Shown here: positions 61,824-64,000 of the stretch, in pieces | Layout: every line of letters starts with the position of its first letter | Position numbering within the stretch: position 1 is the stretch's first letter | NCBI GenBank assembly: GCA_963840855.1 | Contig: CAWJBB010000055.1 | Span: forward strand, 1 to 64,000 | Length of the DNA: 64,000 bases | Origin: an uncultured delta proteobacterium | GTDB lineage: Bacteria > Desulfobacterota > Binatia > UBA9968 | Direction: 5' to 3' | Notes under the pieces: model-generated | What the model saw: the letters and a program-made list of their open reading frames with translations, nothing else | Database searches by the model: none | Told to the model about the DNA's origin: nothing | Program-made: the position numbers and the translations under genes

Positions 61824-61986
61824 ATGGCCCCGACGAGCACGCATTGCGCCAGGTGAAATAGTCTATCACGCTCTCAATCGCGCGAATGGACGAAATGAAC
61901 TGTTTCATAAGCCGGAAGATTATTCCGCGTTAGAGCGGATTATAATTTCAGCTCATGCAAGTGCGCATCCGCATCAATCACTCTAA
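61824..61986 (+). pseudogene. N-terminal remnant of a Y1 (IS200/RAYT-like) tyrosine transposase
   Basis: M-PRRARIAPGEIVYHALNRANGRNELFHKPEDYSALERII; stops before the HUH motif. Confidence 0.7.
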
Positions 61987-62045
61987 CGCCTTTCCACATC
62001 GTCTTGATCTCCTTTCGGTTGAAGCTTAGCAGCTTGCTTAAAATT

Positions 62046-62083
62046 CCCCGTTCACCTTTCGATAAACTCAAGGCGAACGGGGG
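62046..62083. repeat. REP-like hairpin CCCCGTTC..TTCGATAAACTCAAGG.GAACGGGG
   Basis: Same family as 35977-36010. Confidence 0.65.
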
Positions 62084-62102
62084 AAAGGTCCGGATACCCG
62101 CG

Positions 62103-63221
62103 TTATTTCAACGTCGCCTGGGGAAGGCCGAAAGCGTTGAGCGCATTCTTCTCCCACTTGTTGCTGTTCTGCAGCGTGTCCCAGCTGTTCACGGCGAGTT
62201 TTTTTCCTTGCGTCACTCTGGCCGCTTCGGAGCCGGGCACAAAGACCGATGTCTTAGGCTCGAGGCTCTCGATGATCGTCTGCGCCGCTGGCGAGATCTG
62301 GAACTCAAGCCACAGCAGACCCGCGTGAGAATAAGGCGAGACCTGCGCAATCGTGGTCATTTCCTGGGTACGCACCGGCACCGGCTCGATGAGCTTACAC
62401 TCCAGGGACTTGGAAATGTCCTTTCGTTTTGCCCGGATACACGAGTGATAGTAGGACAAATGCAGCATGGACTGTTCGCCGGTTGTAATCGCGGTAATTG
62501 CACGGCTGATGCCGCGCACCCAGACCGGGTCCTGATCTTTGAGCTTGCGCGCGTAGTCTAACATCCATTCTTCGCCGAGCCCGGCCGCTAGAGTCGCCAT
62601 CCCCGTCGGGCGAATTTCGACCATAAACTTTCGGCCCTTGAATTCCGGCCTAAGGAAATCCTCCCACCGGTTGGGCACCCTTTCCGGGGCAACCAGGCTC
62701 TTGTTGTACGAGAGGCTATAGATCGTGCTGGCGAGACTTATGACGTTGCGGTTCGTCGGATCGATGATTTCGCCCGGGATCTGGAGCACCCCCTGCTTTG
62801 CCATCCCCAGGATATCGAACTTCTTAAGTTGCGGCAGGAAGTCCTGGTACAATTCCTGCGCGACTTCAAAAACGTCCCAGTTGCTTCTCCCGGCCTGCAG
62901 TTCGAGCGCAAACCGTTGCCCTCCTTCGACCCCGGAAATTCTTTCCGCGCGCGCGTCGATGAACGGGTATCGCTTCATGAAAGCCTTGCGCAGCGCTTCA
63001 ATATTGTCCGGGTCCATATTACTCAGCACCCGCACGCGACCTTCCTCTTTCGCCTTGGCAACGATCTCATCCCGGTTGGCATAGAAAACGTAGCCTCTGG
63101 ATTCGGCTTCCTTCTTCGCTTTAGCCAGTTCCGCGCTTTGCGCCGCGCCCGCGCTGTCCGCCAACATCCCTAGGGCTACCGCGCAAAACATAAGCCCGGC
63201 CATTATGAACTTAACCTTCAT
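62103..63221 (-). CDS. Extracellular solute-binding protein (Fe3+/polyamine-like cluster)
   Basis: Signal peptide; AKEEGRVRV, YNKSLV, PNRWEDFLRPEFKG; RBS GGAGG. Confidence 0.82.
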   Translation of the reverse strand: MKVKFIMAGLMFCAVALGMLADSAGAAQSAELAKAKKEAESRGYVFYANRDEIVAKAKEEGRVRVLSNMDPDNIEALRKAFMKRYPFIDARAERISGVEGGQRFALELQAGRSNWDVFEVAQELYQDFLPQLKKFDILGMAKQGVLQIPGEIIDPTNRNVISLASTIYSLSYNKSLVAPERVPNRWEDFLRPEFKGRKFMVEIRPTGMATLAAGLGEEWMLDYARKLKDQDPVWVRGISRAITAITTGEQSMLHLSYYHSCIRAKRKDISKSLECKLIEPVPVRTQEMTTIAQVSPYSHAGLLWLEFQISPAAQTIIESLEPKTSVFVPGSEAARVTQGKKLAVNSWDTLQNSNKWEKNALNAFGLPQATLK

Positions 63222-63651
63222 AAAATAACCTCCTCAGTTATTTTCTCTGCCTTTTAAAGATTTCAATTTCATACAGCGCGTCAAAATGTTTGTTATATCT
63301 ATTTCATTCCTGCTCACTCTACCCTACTCTAACTCCCTGCTGGGAACAGCACCCAGATATCGCCGGACCAGAGAACTGTCAATCTCATTTCTGTTTGATG
63401 AAAATCCCGGTGTTGCTTCGGTCGGCTTGGGCGGCGCAGCGGTCGGACGCGCGCGAAGTGTTCCAGATCGCGCCGCTCGCTCGCACTCAGAGCGAGCGGC
63501 GCCGTCGGCTAGCGTTGGCAACCGGAGGTTGGCTCTCAGATTGTCTGGAATAGATCGAATCGCTGCGCCGGGGAGCGCGGCGGGGCGCGATAGGCCTTCA
63601 ACTTTTTCAAATCCTCGATCCTCACCGCACTCGCGAGACTTAGGCTCGTGA

Positions 63652-64000
63652 TCACTGTGCCGTCGAGAGTATTGCGCTACTGGATCGGTAGCCGTAGCCA
63701 ACACGCCAGTGGAAGTAGCCGACCACCTGTCCGTCCTTTTCGAGGGTTTCCTCGGCGACGTCACCCATTCGCTCGAAGTATTGCGCCAGTGACGGTTCCG
63801 CAAGTTTTTTACGATCAAAATCAATCATTATGAAATTTCTGCCCAACGCCACGGAGCTTGGCAGCCAGAACTCCCACATCAGGCTTCGGCCGCCAAAAAA
63901 ATGAGGACCTCCGGTATTGCGAACGCCGTCACCGTCAAGGTCATAGAAGCTTATTTGGCTCGATATCCTGTATCTATCCATGCCAACGATAATCGGCTCA
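63652..64000 (-). CDS. 3' end of a gene running off the window, possibly a GT39/ArnT-like glycosyltransferase
   Basis: Open frame EPIIVGMDRYRISSQISFY...HFFGGRSLMWEFW...GYGYR; family assignment tentative. Confidence 0.45.
   Translation of the reverse strand, partial: EPIIVGMDRYRISSQISFYDLDGDGVRNTGGPHFFGGRSLMWEFWLPSSVALGRNFIMIDFDRKKLAEPSLAQYFERMGDVAEETLEKDGQVVGYFHWRVGYGYRSSSAILSTAQ

Noticed and set aside
63286-63651. ORFs on both strands between the last SBP and the terminal partial gene
   Set aside because: Low-complexity translations without family motifs; more likely promoter or decayed DNA (TTGACA on the minus strand at 63377-63382)

Overview
This is a 64-kb bacterial chromosomal segment. 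Its GC-rich coding, many stand-alone SsuA/NMT1-like and Fe/polyamine-like solute-binding proteins (SBPs), amidohydrolase, VOC, UbiD and orphan Mo-hydroxylase genes resemble Binatota/'Deltaproteobacteria' genomes (inference). 0-21 kb holds an SCO/VKOR-Trx/rhodanese/queC operon, a convergent SBP-less ABC transporter, a DUF58/BatA/vWA cluster, an M23 peptidase and pgpA-cinA-thpR-recA-recX-alaS-phoH. 21-28 kb holds benzoate-CoA ligase and a Liv-type aromatic-acid ABC operon. 28-64 kb is accessory: integron-like cassettes, tandem methyltransferases, catabolic enzymes, orphan SBPs, IS1182, IS21, acs and an SDR. Best leads: (1) an exported rhodanese with an in-frame TGA at the catalytic Cys and a SECIS-like hairpin (selenoprotein). 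(2) An ABC ATPase fused to the MgtE cytosolic sensor (N-domain + CBS pair), preceded by a promoter, a 16-codon leader peptide and an attenuator-like stem; this is a candidate Mg2+-responsive ABC system. (3) A GxxExxY nuclease-fold gene bounded by 29-bp inverted repeats inside an operon, with related solo repeats elsewhere. (4) Nested intergenic repeats and a decayed Y1/RAYT-like transposase. (5) Degenerate attC sites. (6) IS elements carrying extra small ORFs. More than ten single-base frameshifts suggest long-read indel errors. No rRNA, tRNA or CRISPR array was recognised.
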